64,000 nucleotides of DNA from Geosiphon pyriformis uo1 (lineage: Eukaryota > Fungi > Glomeromycota), in assembly GCA_016748015.1 (NCBI GenBank), contig JAAOMT010000295.1, positions 1,414,748-1,478,747 on the forward strand. Direction: 5' to 3'. The notes beneath the pieces are model-generated. The model saw nothing but the letters and a program-made list of their open reading frames with translations, made no database searches and had not been told where the DNA came from. Below are positions 14,080-26,039 of the stretch, piece after piece (positions within the stretch are counted from its first letter, which is position 1; each line of letters opens with the position of its first letter). Both the position numbers and the translations under genes were made by a program.

Positions 14080-15395
14080 ATGGACTTGTCGCTTTCTAAT
14101 CATTTGTCCAACAACAACGCCGGTCTGCAATCCATGAAGTTGCCCATTCCAAGACTTCAGCCGGCACACTCGTCGCTGAACTCTTCAGTTTTAAACTCGA
14201 AACCTCAAGAGATGTTGATTACTAGTGCTTGGCCAAATACCACAAATACTGCGTCCCTTTCATTGACTTCATCCTTGCCTGTCATTCCTTGTGGTAAGTA
14301 TGAACTTGATAAGTCGGTAATGAGTGGTGTTGTCTAATTTCTGCTCAACCAAATCTATTGCTAAAGAAGCAACCTAGAAATTCACGTTTCAACTTCGTTT
14401 TACTTAAAATTAATACGTAAAATTTATTAACACATCAATAAATCCTTCAATAGAGACACCTGAAGCCGCTCCGATCGGTAAGCCTGTACCCAACAAACGT
14501 GGTCGTAAGCCATTAACGACAATGCCATCAACGGTGAGATTTTTAAAAAACCACCAATCAATACGTTCAAAATTTTAAGATTTCTCAACTTGAAATTTTT
14601 CTGCATGATTATTGCTCTATCTAAAAATCCTCCTGATTAAAATTTACCATTTTTTAATTTTTAATCTATCAGAAAAAGCACATTCAAAATTTGACTAATC
14701 AACGAGCGTTTCGCCAGCGTCGAGAAAATTATGTTCGAACCTTGGAGTCCAAAGCGACAAACCTGGAGTATTTATATGCACAAGCACAGGAAGAGATTAA
14801 AACCTTAAAGAAACAATTAGGGTTGTTGAAAAAACAACTCATTGAGGGTGATAGAAATGTTTGCGGTGGTGGACTCAATTCTATCGAGTCCATGGAGCCA
14901 CAACATCACGTTAATCATAATTCTAATAACAAAGCTTCAGGCTATTGTGGAGGAGAAGGAGGAGGAGCTCCAAGGCCAACTATTTATGCCGGACAACCAA
15001 TTGTTGTTGGAGGTCGACAAACCCACTTATTTACTGTTGTTGCATCACGTGAAAGTTCTCCAAAAGATGGTATTATGGGCGATGTTGTTATGAGTGAATC
15101 AGCCATGAGTCCTAGTTCAATTGGATCAGATGGTAGTAGTGGAGTACATAGTCCCACAATGCAATCTTCTTCCAATCAACATCCATCAACTGGCAGTTTG
15201 TTTGATAATCATCAAAATCCTTTTCGGCAACAATGTTTATCACCAACATCACCAACCGCTCATCAATACACAACATTATCCTCCTACCATCATTCATCTA
15301 ATTTAAACTCGACTCTCTCAGCTGTCTCATCGTTTTCTTATAATGATCAACAGCAACAACATCAACAACCGGAGCAAGTTAATCATAGCTCTTAT

Positions 15396-15426
<31 letters not shown>

Positions 15427-15983
15427 CAACAACTCCACCACCACAACGACAACATCAAATGCGTCTTTCGCATTCAGAATCAGTACCGCATTCCCCAGTT
15501 CGTCACAATTCTGTCGATGAATTAATTGAACAATCATTTTTTTGTGAAACTAAAGGTGGCGAACTGTGTTATTGCGAACCCGACCCTGTTTCTGATGCAA
15601 ATATCGATCTAGAAGACACTACTAGAACTTCATTTCAAGCAATTGGAGGCAGATCCATTATCAGTCCGGAGACGGGTAAAAGAATGTGGATTCTTCCAAC
15701 AGAAGGTACAAGAATGTCACCAAATAGTAATATATGCGATCCACCAATGACCCCAAACTCGTATTATCCAATCTCGAACGGAGGTTCACCATCTAATTCA
15801 CCACCAATCTATACTCATCCTTTGCCATCACCTGATGAACCTGAACCGCGTTGGCAATTACAGCAACAGCAACAACAATACTATTCTCAATCATCACATC
15901 ATCGTCATAATCGTCATTCTCAACACCATCCCAACCCTAAATGGTTGCGCAGTGAAGAACAGAGTATTGATGGTCGTGCATGA
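14080..15983 (+). CDS. bZIP transcription factor, Yap1/AP-1/HapX-like, 534 aa; exons 14080-14293, 14454-14533, 14673-15983
   Basis: Introns 14294-14453 (gtaagt...tag) and 14534-14672 (gtgag...cag) splice in frame to give NKRGRKPLTTMPSTKKHIQNLTNQRAFRQRRENYVRTLESKATNL followed by a leucine zipper. Ser/Pro/Gln/His-rich C-terminus with FFCETKGGELCYC. Confidence 0.9.
15396..15425 (+). repeat. (CAA)10 microsatellite encoding polyglutamine
   Basis: Perfect CAA x10 in exon 3 of the bZIP gene. Confidence 0.95.
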
Positions 15984-17221
15984 GAATATTTTATGAAGTT
16001 CCTTCTTGTATTGTTTGTATGTATTCTGAACATAGCAAAATAGATTTATGTCTTCATTTATATATAAATTTTTCCTTTTTTTATATAAACGGTGAGGTAA
16101 TTTCGCCTTTTTATAGAGGGTAATTTTTCAAGATATAACCTTTTTACGAGCCAAAGCATACGAGCGACTTCCTTTCTTCCTTATCGCATATACGTTACGC
16201 TACGATAAAAAAATATAAGGTGGCAATTTCCCACTTTAATGAAATTTATGTTTTTGATATTGTTTTACCTTTTTGAATTTTCCACATTCTTTTTTATTGT
16301 GCGTGCCTATTTCCTCTTACTCGTAATTCCATCTTCTTCTCACTTTTTAACACCCTTTCCACCATCTCTCGATTTCATTAACATTTACCACGTGTTGCGA
16401 TACCATCGCCACGTACATGGACTGTGCACGCTACTACTTTACGACCCATCTACCGATTGACTCCTTTAAATTATTTAAAATCAAACACACAATCACTTGA
16501 CACCCTAATTCTTTGGCCAGCTTTTTACTCGCCAAACTTCCCTAAAATTCTTTCATCGACGATGACGACGACGACATTTCACCCCGTAAATATATATAAA
16601 TAAATGCTACATACAATTCTATTGTTTTTATTATATACTTCTTATATACATACCATATATATATATATGCACACATTGTGAAAGATTTCTTTGTTGTTTA
16701 TTTTTGGAACACATTAATAGAATTCTTTTAGCTCATCTTTTCCATTGTGGTTCGTTTAGATGAATTCATAAATTCCCTTTCCTTCTACCATCATCAACAT
16801 CCTATATATCCTTAAATATCGTTGAAAAAACCTTATAGTCAATATTCTTTTGAGTATACACACCCATATCACTTTTTAATTCATCATTTTCGACCTCATC
16901 TTATATATTCTTCCCACTCTTTCTTTCTTTTCCTACCATTCATCAGTGTGTATATATCCACGTGTTTCAGATTTAGTAAATGTGTCCTCGCGCAGCATGG
17001 CATTTAAACCTGAATAACAATTGATGCATAAGCATTCAAAAATAATCATGGTGAGACTACCAATTGGTTAAAACCATCCTTGCATTTTAATGATATGCCA
17101 TAGGGCGAGTGTCCTTCTAATCAACAACACACCTCCTCTCCTTTACCTAACCTTCTTTTTTTTGTACCGATTATTTATTTATATCTTGGGTTTGTGGAAA
17201 AAAATGTTCAGTATTTGTGTT

Positions 17222-17616
17222 CTATTTTCCCCAATAGCAACGATGCATAGCAATGATATTACGCAACTCTTTCGTGTTTATGTGTGTGATTTGAAAGTTT
17301 GTTGTGCAGGAGATATGAACATTATGAATATCAAAGACACGAAAAATATCTAGCCGGTCCCCTTGTAGACACATATACCAATAAACCACAAAAAAAAAGA
17401 ACACAAGTGTGCTCGAACAAAAAGCACGAACGAGTTCGCACACAAATACAGCAGATATCTAAAAAAAAATTCTATAAAATCAATAAATTGATTTTTGTTT
17501 AAAAAAACGTAAGATTTCTGAAATTGAATGATTAATTCGCTTACTTGACCAATATTTAAACTTTTTATTTTTTCTTTGATTTCGCTAAATGCTGGGCTAA
17601 TTTGCATTTCTGACAT
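17222..17616 (-). CDS. Candidate 2-exon small hypothetical protein (102 aa; exons 17616-17545, 17458-17222)
   Basis: ATG exon ends at a GTAAGC donor. An 86-nt AT-rich intron ends TTTTAG and joins in frame to ORF 17222-17443. One hydrophobic stretch. Lies in CpG-retaining DNA. No recognisable homology. Confidence 0.25.
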
Positions 17617-18599
17617 ATTTTGTTGCTTTATCTTGGGAATGTGATAGAGAAATTTTCCTTAAAATTTAAGAAAAAGGATAAATTCATTTCAAAAAATTAT
17701 TTCGATCAGTAATGTGTGAGGCTTAATCAGGAACATGTTAGTTTCTCGAAGCCATGAAAATTGCACACACAATTAACAAAATCATATGTTTGATTTATTC
17801 AAATTTTTCATTGTAAAAATTGACCCAAAAATACTCTGTGCTGAATTATGTGTTCTTTGTGTTTTTCCTTATTTGTTACCTTGCGGGCCTGGCTCAAATT
17901 AGAGATTTTCAGAGAATCACATATATGTTAGGTGTTTGTGATGTTGCTCGTACATGCATCAATTGTATTTTGTGTAAATAAAAAAGCACTCTACTTTTCA
18001 GGCTTTCGTAACCTCCAATTTAGGTTACAGAGTCAAATATCCAATGATATGTGAGATCTTAAGACCAAAATACTTTGTAGAATCCATTATGTAATATTAT
18101 AAAAACTATTAAGACACTCTTGATTAACTTCAATTCAATGTAACCGAAATCATAAAAATGAATTGAGCATTTAATAATAAAATAATGCTAAGACCAAAAA
18201 CATGATTCAAATATTAACTTTATGAAGTCTTATTTTAAAAATTACATTGGTTTATAAGCTAAAAATAATAATTTGAATAATAATTATTATCGTAAATTTT
18301 TTAAGACTGAATTATATGAAAATTTAAATTGCTATTTAATTTTACAAATAATAATTAATAATATGCTTTTGTCATTTTTTAATTTATTGTATTTTTGATA
18401 AATTTATTATTTTAATTTATAAAAATTAGTAATTTTTCCTTAATTAATTCATTTAAATATAATTAAACATTACATAATTATAATTATTTGTTTATATTTA
18501 TTTGTTTTGATTTTAATTTTATTAACATTTTTAATAATAAATGTAATTTTTAATTTATATTATAATTTAGTTCTAAATTTGAAACTTAAAACTATGTAT

Positions 18600-19650
18600 C
18601 TATTTTTATATTTTGTATATGCAAATAATTCTGAATTTTAAGTTTATTAAAATAGTTTTTATATTATTTTTGTGTTTTTATTTATATGAGTAATATAAAC
18701 TTTTTTTTTTAATATTAAGCTTTTGTGAAATTTTCTAAGTTTGTTTTAAATAAGTTTATATACTTTTTTTTCTATTATGGCCTTGAAAACTTTTGTTTTT
18801 AGCTTTTCAAATTGTGAATTGGTTATTTTTTTCAATTAGTTTGCTGTTAAGTTCTCTATAATTAAATGTAATAGTATTTTATTGTATTTATAAAAAATCA
18901 TATATAGTTTGTAGATTGCTTTCAAATAAATTATTAAGTTGTTTTTTTTCAATAAAATGTTTTACTTATTGTATTATTTTTTTGTCAAATATTTATTTAG
19001 AACTGTTGGTATATAGTATTTAAATATTTAGCTGTTATCCCAAATAATAATAGCAATATGTTATTGAAAACTGTTTTTTTCAACTCTTTTAGTTTTTTTG
19101 TATTAGTTTTCTTGGTTGAATACTTATTACTGAATTTTTAAAATTTTTTTTATTTTTTTAACAAGTTTTTTTATATAGTTATCTTATTTTTTTAAGTCTT
19201 GCTATATAAAAATTTTTTAGCTATTTTGTTTTTCTAAGTATTTTTATAATGAATTTTTTGTTTGTTGACTGTTATTTTTATATCTAAGTTTTTAGTTTTC
19301 AATATTTGAAACAATTATTGTGTTATTATATGTATTTTATTAATTATTTATATATTTTGGTTATATTTATAACAATTTTCAGTTTTGTAATATACTGACT
19401 TTAATAATAATAATTGGTTCTAAATCTTATAAAATTTCATCTGGTTTAATTAATACTTTTTGTGTTTCTAATTGGGATATATTGAAAATTGTTAATATTT
19501 TACTATAATATAATTTTAGTCAATTTTTATGTATTGCTTTAATCAAAATTTTGTTTTCTAATCATAATTTATATAATTTATTTTCAAATATTTCTTCAAT
19601 ATAAAACAGTCTATCCTATTTTGGATTAAATTTTTTATTTTATTGTTTTT
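18600..19650 (-). mobile_element. Decayed 3' portion of a Gypsy-B-related element (integrase C-terminus, ORF3, PPT, LTR start at 18695)
   Basis: Reverse complement aligns by eye with 38640-39620 (integrase tail; KAIYKLYMIF versus RTIYQLHTIF; LTR start TATTACTCAT). Confidence 0.7.
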
Positions 19651-22487
19651 CTACTTTTCAAAAGATAACTGGGGAATCTGAAAGTAAAAAGATAGTCCAT
19701 ACTGTCAACAAATAATCACACACTGGTATAATTCTATGCTTCACATTAGTGCTTTTAGAATTCAATATCAGGTATTAAATGTATTCTTCAGTTACATTTT
19801 ATTCAATAATCTTTAAATGCTGCAATTACATATTTCAGGAAAAGGTAGAAAACAACCAACAAGTAATTTTTTATTCTAAGATGTTTAAATACTTAAAGGT
19901 AAGAAAAGAGAAATTAGTGATAAGAGAATAATTGAGATGAAAGTTGTTATTTTATTTATTTATTTATTTTTGATTCTTATATGCTTTTTTATAGCTAAGA
20001 AATTTATTGCTTATATAGCTATCAAAAGTGGTCAATAATCAGGTCAGCAACTAGGTCAATAATTAGGTCAATAATTATTATCTAAAAATAGAGTGGCTAA
20101 TTATATAATATTAGTGGCTAATATATGTAATAATTAATAAGAAGTATAGGTTTCAACCATAACATTATCCTTTCCAAAGAGATTGAGTTCTAGCAAAATC
20201 AAGCTGTTCATGTTGTAATCTATTTGAAGAGTTTTATTTAACTCAAAGCTAACTAGTTTATTGAAATCTTTTGTGAATAGAGTATATAATACTTGAGGTG
20301 AAATAAGTTTTATATTTAAGAAACCAAATCTTTGTATTAGAGTTTTGGCTCTTTTAGCAATAGTTAAAACTCTTAGAATATTTAATTGTATAATGCCCAA
20401 AATTTTTGCCTGTATCTCTGAAGTTGTTTTCTTCATGAATTTTATATTCTCTATGATTTCTCCAAAGTGATTATAGAGTTCTAATTGTCTTTTATATAAT
20501 AAGTTTTTGTCTATGAGTAAGATTTTTTGGAGTGTTTTTCCAATTGTATTGAAAGATAGAAGTATAGTTGTTGTTATACTTTTCAACAGATATTTATTCA
20601 TTTTGCTACCAATTTTTTCTTTTCTGGTAGTGATTCTCTTTGGTCTAATAACAGTATGTGTTCTACTGTTATTAGTTATAATAGTTTGTTTTTTAATAAT
20701 CAGAGTAGTATTTGAATAGTTTTTGATCCAATACTTATAGAGAGTATAGAAAGTATTTTGAATGTTTTAATCCAAAAAATAATTGTTTATGTTAATTGAA
20801 AATACTTCTGTTTTGAGAATAGTGTATTTATTTATATTTGATTTTTGCTGATTATTTGGGTTAATATTATTACAACAGACAACCAATCAGGTCGTTTATA
20901 ATATTTCTTGAGTTATATACCATAAACAGAACAATCATTAAAGATTGTTTTGAATTAATCTTGAAGAATATAAGAGCTATTGTTTAAAAATTTGTTGATT
21001 ATAAAAAGTTCTTTCTATCAGTTAAAGAATTTATTATCATAGACATTGTTTCTGTCTAAATGGTATTCTAATACAAAGTTACCAACACTTAAAGAAAGTG
21101 TTTTATAGGTTTTTTTTTTCTTAAGCTTTTCTTGGAACTGTTTTATCTTTTCAAAAGCAATTATTTGTGCTTTTACTAAGGAGTCAAAAATGATACCAAG
21201 CCTTTTTTGCAAAATGTCTTTGTAATTTTTTATTGTAATTTTTTCAAAGAGTATTGTCTTAATGTTAATTTCTATTGATAATGTTGCCATATATCTATAA
21301 AGCAGATAAAAAAGTTCATAACTTGTTATGTCATGATTTACAATCCTATAAGCAAACAAAGCTGAAAACAGTATTTTGTTTTATAAGTTTGTTTTTTTAC
21401 TGGTTTTGGCTAGGGTTTCATATAATGTTCTATTGAAATGTTTCACTAGGCCATTTGTTTAGGGGTAATAAAGAGAGAAAAGTTTGTAACATATTCCCAT
21501 TTTTCTGCAAAGTTCTTCAACCAATATACTGAAAAAAGCTCTTTTTCTATCAGATAAAAGTTTTTTAGGACAGTCATGACAGCAGATGATATCTTTATAA
21601 ATAAAATTGGCTATTGAAACTGCTGTTTGGTCTGGAGTGGGTCTTGCTTTTACTTACTTTGTAAGATAGTTAGTAGCTGTAATAATGTATTTGTTGCAAT
21701 TAGGAGTTATTGTTAAAAGTCTAACAACATCTATACCAATTTTGTCAAATAATTGACTAACAGAGATTGGATGGATATATTTTTTGTGATTGGGTTTGCT
21801 TCTTCTTTGGCAAATATTACAGGTTTTGATGTATTCAGTAATATCTTTTCCCAAAATAAACCAATAATAGCAAGCTAAGGTTTTCTGAATTGTTTTTGTT
21901 TTTCCAAAGTATTCAGCTAATGGGTCAGTGTGCATGTTGTATATTACAATTTTTTTTTCTTCAAATCTAATGACTTTCTGAAAGCAGTCAGAATTTTTTC
22001 TGTTTTTTTTATATAATTGGTTCTGGTAGATCAAATAGAAATTTGATTGTTTGCACAAATGTTCACTTTGCTGTCAAATGTATTCTAGTAAGTATTGTTC
22101 TTTACTCAAAAATTCTATTAGGGCTGAGTAGTTGTCCAAGTCCATTGTTATGTTTGTTTATGAAAAAGTTACTAATAATTAAGTTGGTTTGGTTTGAGAA
22201 GTTGTACTATCACTGGATGGTAAGTCTAGAAAAAACATTAACATTTTGATAATTTGTTCTTTTATGGTGTTAAATATCATAGTCGAATTCATCTAAATGG
22301 AGTATTTAACAAGTTATTTGTTTGTATTTTAGCTTCTTTTTATTACACAGCCAAACCAAGACTTGATGATCTGTTACTACTAAAAATTTCACACCAAAAA
22401 AATATTGCTCCCAGTAACTAGTAGCCCAAACTACTGCTAAACATTTTTGTTTAGTTACTGAATAGTTTTTTTCTACTGGTGTCAGAA
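19651..22487 (-). mobile_element. Gypsy-A copy 2 fragment (RNase H, integrase, ORF3, partial 3' LTR 19651-20164)
   Basis: RNase H (KNYSVTKQKCLAVVWA...VVTDHQ), integrase HHCC region (MHTDPLAEY...CNICQ) and core (DKIGIDVV). PPT GGAAAGGATAA is followed by LTR start TGTTATGG at 20164. Confidence 0.9.
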
Positions 22488-22897
22488 ATCTTATTTTTTT
22501 TTCCTTACTTTTAAGTATCTGAACATCTTGGGATAAAAGATTACTTGTTGGCATTTACATACCTTATCTTTTCTTTTTCTTGATTTGTATTTGTTAGAAT
22601 TAACTTGAAAAGCAATTGTTTGCTCTTGTAATTAATTGAATAAAGAAATAATTAAAAAACACAATGATACATGTTATTGATTTTAAGAATTACATAAAAT
22701 AATAGCAATAGTGTTATTTTGTTGACAATCATGGACTATTTCTCTATCTTCAAATTTATAGAAAAGATTTACAATTGTGATTTTTATGATCATGTATATT
22801 GAATCTTTATTCATTCAATTTGCTCCTTTATTGTAATTCTCTTTTTAATTATTTCAATTACTCTATAATTTTGTTCTTCTTTGCTATCTATTAGCTT

Positions 22898-25800
22898 TTT
22901 TTTTGTTAACATGTAATCATGCTGATTGTTTATTAGTTTGTTCAACAATATAGTTGGCACTTTCATAAAGCCAGTTCATTTAATAATACAATATCACAAG
23001 ATATAACTAACCATAAGTGAAAAGCCCTAACTATATGCTAATACTATTTATATTACTTAATGTATAAAACATATCTAATTCATATATCTTACCCATAATG
23101 CATAGAAGTTTATAACTACTCTTAACAAGACCACTCATCTACTTAGCAGTTTGATCAGAATTGAATTTGATATTAAAAAGTTAAACCTCTTATAATTTTA
23201 TTATTGCATCAAATGTGTTATTGTAAACTGAGAAATTTTTGATATTGTTATGATTGAAACTTATACTTTTTATTAGTTATTACATGTATTAACCACTAAT
23301 ATTATATAATTAGCCACCCTATTTTTAGATAGTAATTATTGACCTAATCAATAACTTGATCATTAACTTGATCATTAATCTTGTTGTAACCTGATTATTG
23401 ATCACTTTTGATAACTATATAAGCAATAAATCTCTTAGCTGTAGAAAAACATGTTAGAAATTAAAGAAATAAAATAACAACTTTTATCTCAATCATTTTC
23501 TTATTGCTAATTTCTCTTTTCTTACCTTCAAGTATCCAAACATTTTGGAATAAAAAATTACTTGTTGGTTATTCCCTATCTTTTTCCTGAAACATGTAAT
23601 TGTAGTATTTGAAGATTATTGAATAAAATATGACTGAAAAGTACATCTAATACCTGATATTGAATTCTAAAAGTGCCCATATAAGACATAGAATTATACC
23701 AGTGTGTGATTATTTGTTAACAATATGAACTATTTCTCTATCTTTAGATTTCCTGGTTATCTTTTGAAAAGTATAGCAACTAAAATATTTTATAAGACTG
23801 ATCTTATATATTGAATCTATACTTATTTAATTTGCTCTTTAAAATTGATTTTTTTTTGATTTCTTTCATTATCCTACAATTCTGTTTTCTCTTGCTATCT
23901 ATTAACTTATTACTCCAATCCATAATAATATTATTATTATCATTATCATTATCATTATTTATGTCTTTATTCTCAGATATATTACCAAAACAGACTTTTT
24001 TATTTTTTTTCTTAATATTTACCATTTTTTTTTGCAGCAAAGAAACCACAGTATAAACAACTTTAATTTGGATTGCCAATCCAACCACACTTTTTTTCAT
24101 TGTTTCTGTTATAACAAACAAAGTAGACTGTAATTTAGTAACCAACACAACCAGAGTGCTCACAGACTCAACTATAGATTTAATCAACAAAAACAGTTTA
24201 CTAAGATGGGTTTTTAGAGAAGCCAACTTAGTATTAACAGCAGCATCTAAACCAAAAAAAACAACAGATAACAGAGATGTTAAAGCTATAAAAACACCAA
24301 AAGCCAGATTTATATTAGCAATAACAGCAACAAAAGAAACAACAGAGGTGACAGCTTTGACATAAGATTTTGCTTCAACAAAAAATAACTTAAAACTTTA
24401 GGACCACTAGCAGAATTGAAAAAAAATTTGGAAAAAAGAGATGGTGACATTTTGTAGTCCACAGCCAAATAATCCAAATTTTAACATCTGTAGCAATAGT
24501 AATATCTAAGAGTTTTTTATTAGATGTGGCAGTCATATAAGATACTAGTTTTTGATACAGCAATATTCAAAAATTTTGAGGAATTAAAGATAACTACAGC
24601 AAAACATTGATGTTGATATAACTTAAAAAAATAAGGAATAAAACAAGTACAGCTGCCAACTTTAGAGACCAATTTATTAATATCAAAGACAGTACAGCTA
24701 AAAAAAAGATTAACCAACTTAGCTTTGAAAGTGTCTCTTGAAATAATAATCTTTTTTTGGTTGACTAAAAGCAAAATTCTAATATTGTCTTTTTTTATTA
24801 GCACCAATTAGTAAATAAGAGCAGCAACAACAGAAAAAGAGTCTTAAAATTGAATCACAGCATATTGTCACAAGCCAGCAGGCTTTAACTTAATTGAAGT
24901 AACAACACCAAAAACACCAAAAGAGATTTTAATGTTATCAAAAGAAGTACCTAAAAGTACATCATGAAGTGCTACTAACAAAAAAGGAGAAAAAACAAAG
25001 GCTACATCAGAAGACTGTACAATTTTTAGAATGGTCAAAAAAATTTTATCACCAATAACCACTTTGGTAATATTATTAGACTCTCCTAAAATGCAAATTC
25101 CATACAGAACAACTTAACAACATCTTGTGAAACAGACTTAAGCCTAATACAACCAGACAGCAACTGAAATAAAGAAACAAACACAGCCATTTTGATCTTA
25201 AATGTAGCATCAGGTACAAGATTGAAAGCCATTTAACCAGAAAATTTTTGACAACTATTCATATTTTTCCAAGCATCACCATTAGCAACACCAGAAACTG
25301 GAAAAAAAACAGTTGATTTTATTTCCATCTGATCAGCCCAATCTTTAAGATCATCTGAAATGATAGACTGTTTTGCTTCTGGTATTGGCAATGATCTGCC
25401 AGAGAGTACCACATTAGACAATACAGTTAATGGTTAATCTTGGTTTATCTTAGAAAATGTGCTGTTGCTATTGCCATTTATATCAAAAAAAAAGCTGGCT
25501 GCTGCTGTAAAAATTTTATCCAAAATCTTATTTGGAACCACAAAAGAGTTTGGTGTCACCAAAGCAGTTGTAAGTGCCAGCTGCTGTTTTTTGGAATTTT
25601 TGGCTTTTATGGCTATTTGTAAAGCAGTAATAATAGTAGTAGTAAGAGTAGTGAGAGTGGAAAAAACCAACTTGTTGACTAGTCTGTTATTAAAAATCTT
25701 TGGGCTTTTAAAAATAGTAAAAACAACACTAAGACTAACCTGAATATGTCTTTTGGAAAGAATTTTAATTAAAGAAGAACCACTAATCAAAGGTAAAGAA

Positions 25801-26007
25801 AATGAACCAAAAGCCACCAAAGGCAGCTTTTTACTAATATTTTTTAAAGAAAATATAGCCAAAATGTTTTGTCTAGCTGCTTCAATAACAGAGAGATTCT
25901 CTTGTGTTGAAACTTTATTAGTTACTATAGGAAAAGTAATGTTTGCAGCTTTTTTATTCTTAACTCTAGTTGTGGTCATAAAAATTAGGAGAAAAAGAGT
26001 TTTTTTT
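22898..26007 (-). mobile_element. ORF1-only non-autonomous non-LTR retroelement (HAL1-like), about 2.4 kb without the nested LTR
   Basis: 13-bp TSD TATCTATTAGCTT (22885-22897) / TATTTATTAGCTT (26008-26020) and a poly(A) tail. A single decayed ORF of about 750 codons runs from ATG 25979 to TAG 23031, with RRM-like blocks and a Zn-knuckle remnant homologous to LINE ORF1. No endonuclease or RT. 3' UTR matches LINE-2. Confidence 0.82.
23246..23927 (+). repeat. Solo Gypsy-A LTR (variant 2) inserted in the ORF1-only element
   Basis: Ends TGTTATG...CATAATA. 4-bp TSD ATAT at 23242-23245 and 23928-23931. Confidence 0.92.
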
Positions 26008-26039
26008 TATTTATTAGCTTGTTACTCCAACCTGTAACA

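Larger units (their letters stand above)
22488..26039 (+). repeat. Partial Gypsy-A LTR (variant 1, plus orientation) split by the ORF1-only element
   Basis: 22488-22897 matches LTR 6450-6870. The LTR end resumes at 26008-26039 (...CCTGTAACA) and is followed by ATAT. Confidence 0.85.

Noticed and set aside
14691-15983. 430-aa ORF starting at TTG as the complete protein
   Set aside because: It starts inside the basic region. It is exon 3 of a spliced gene beginning at ATG 14080.
16239-17007. Short hydrophobic ORFs downstream of the bZIP gene
   Set aside because: Pyrimidine-rich 3' flank with microsatellites. Phe/Leu richness follows from base composition.
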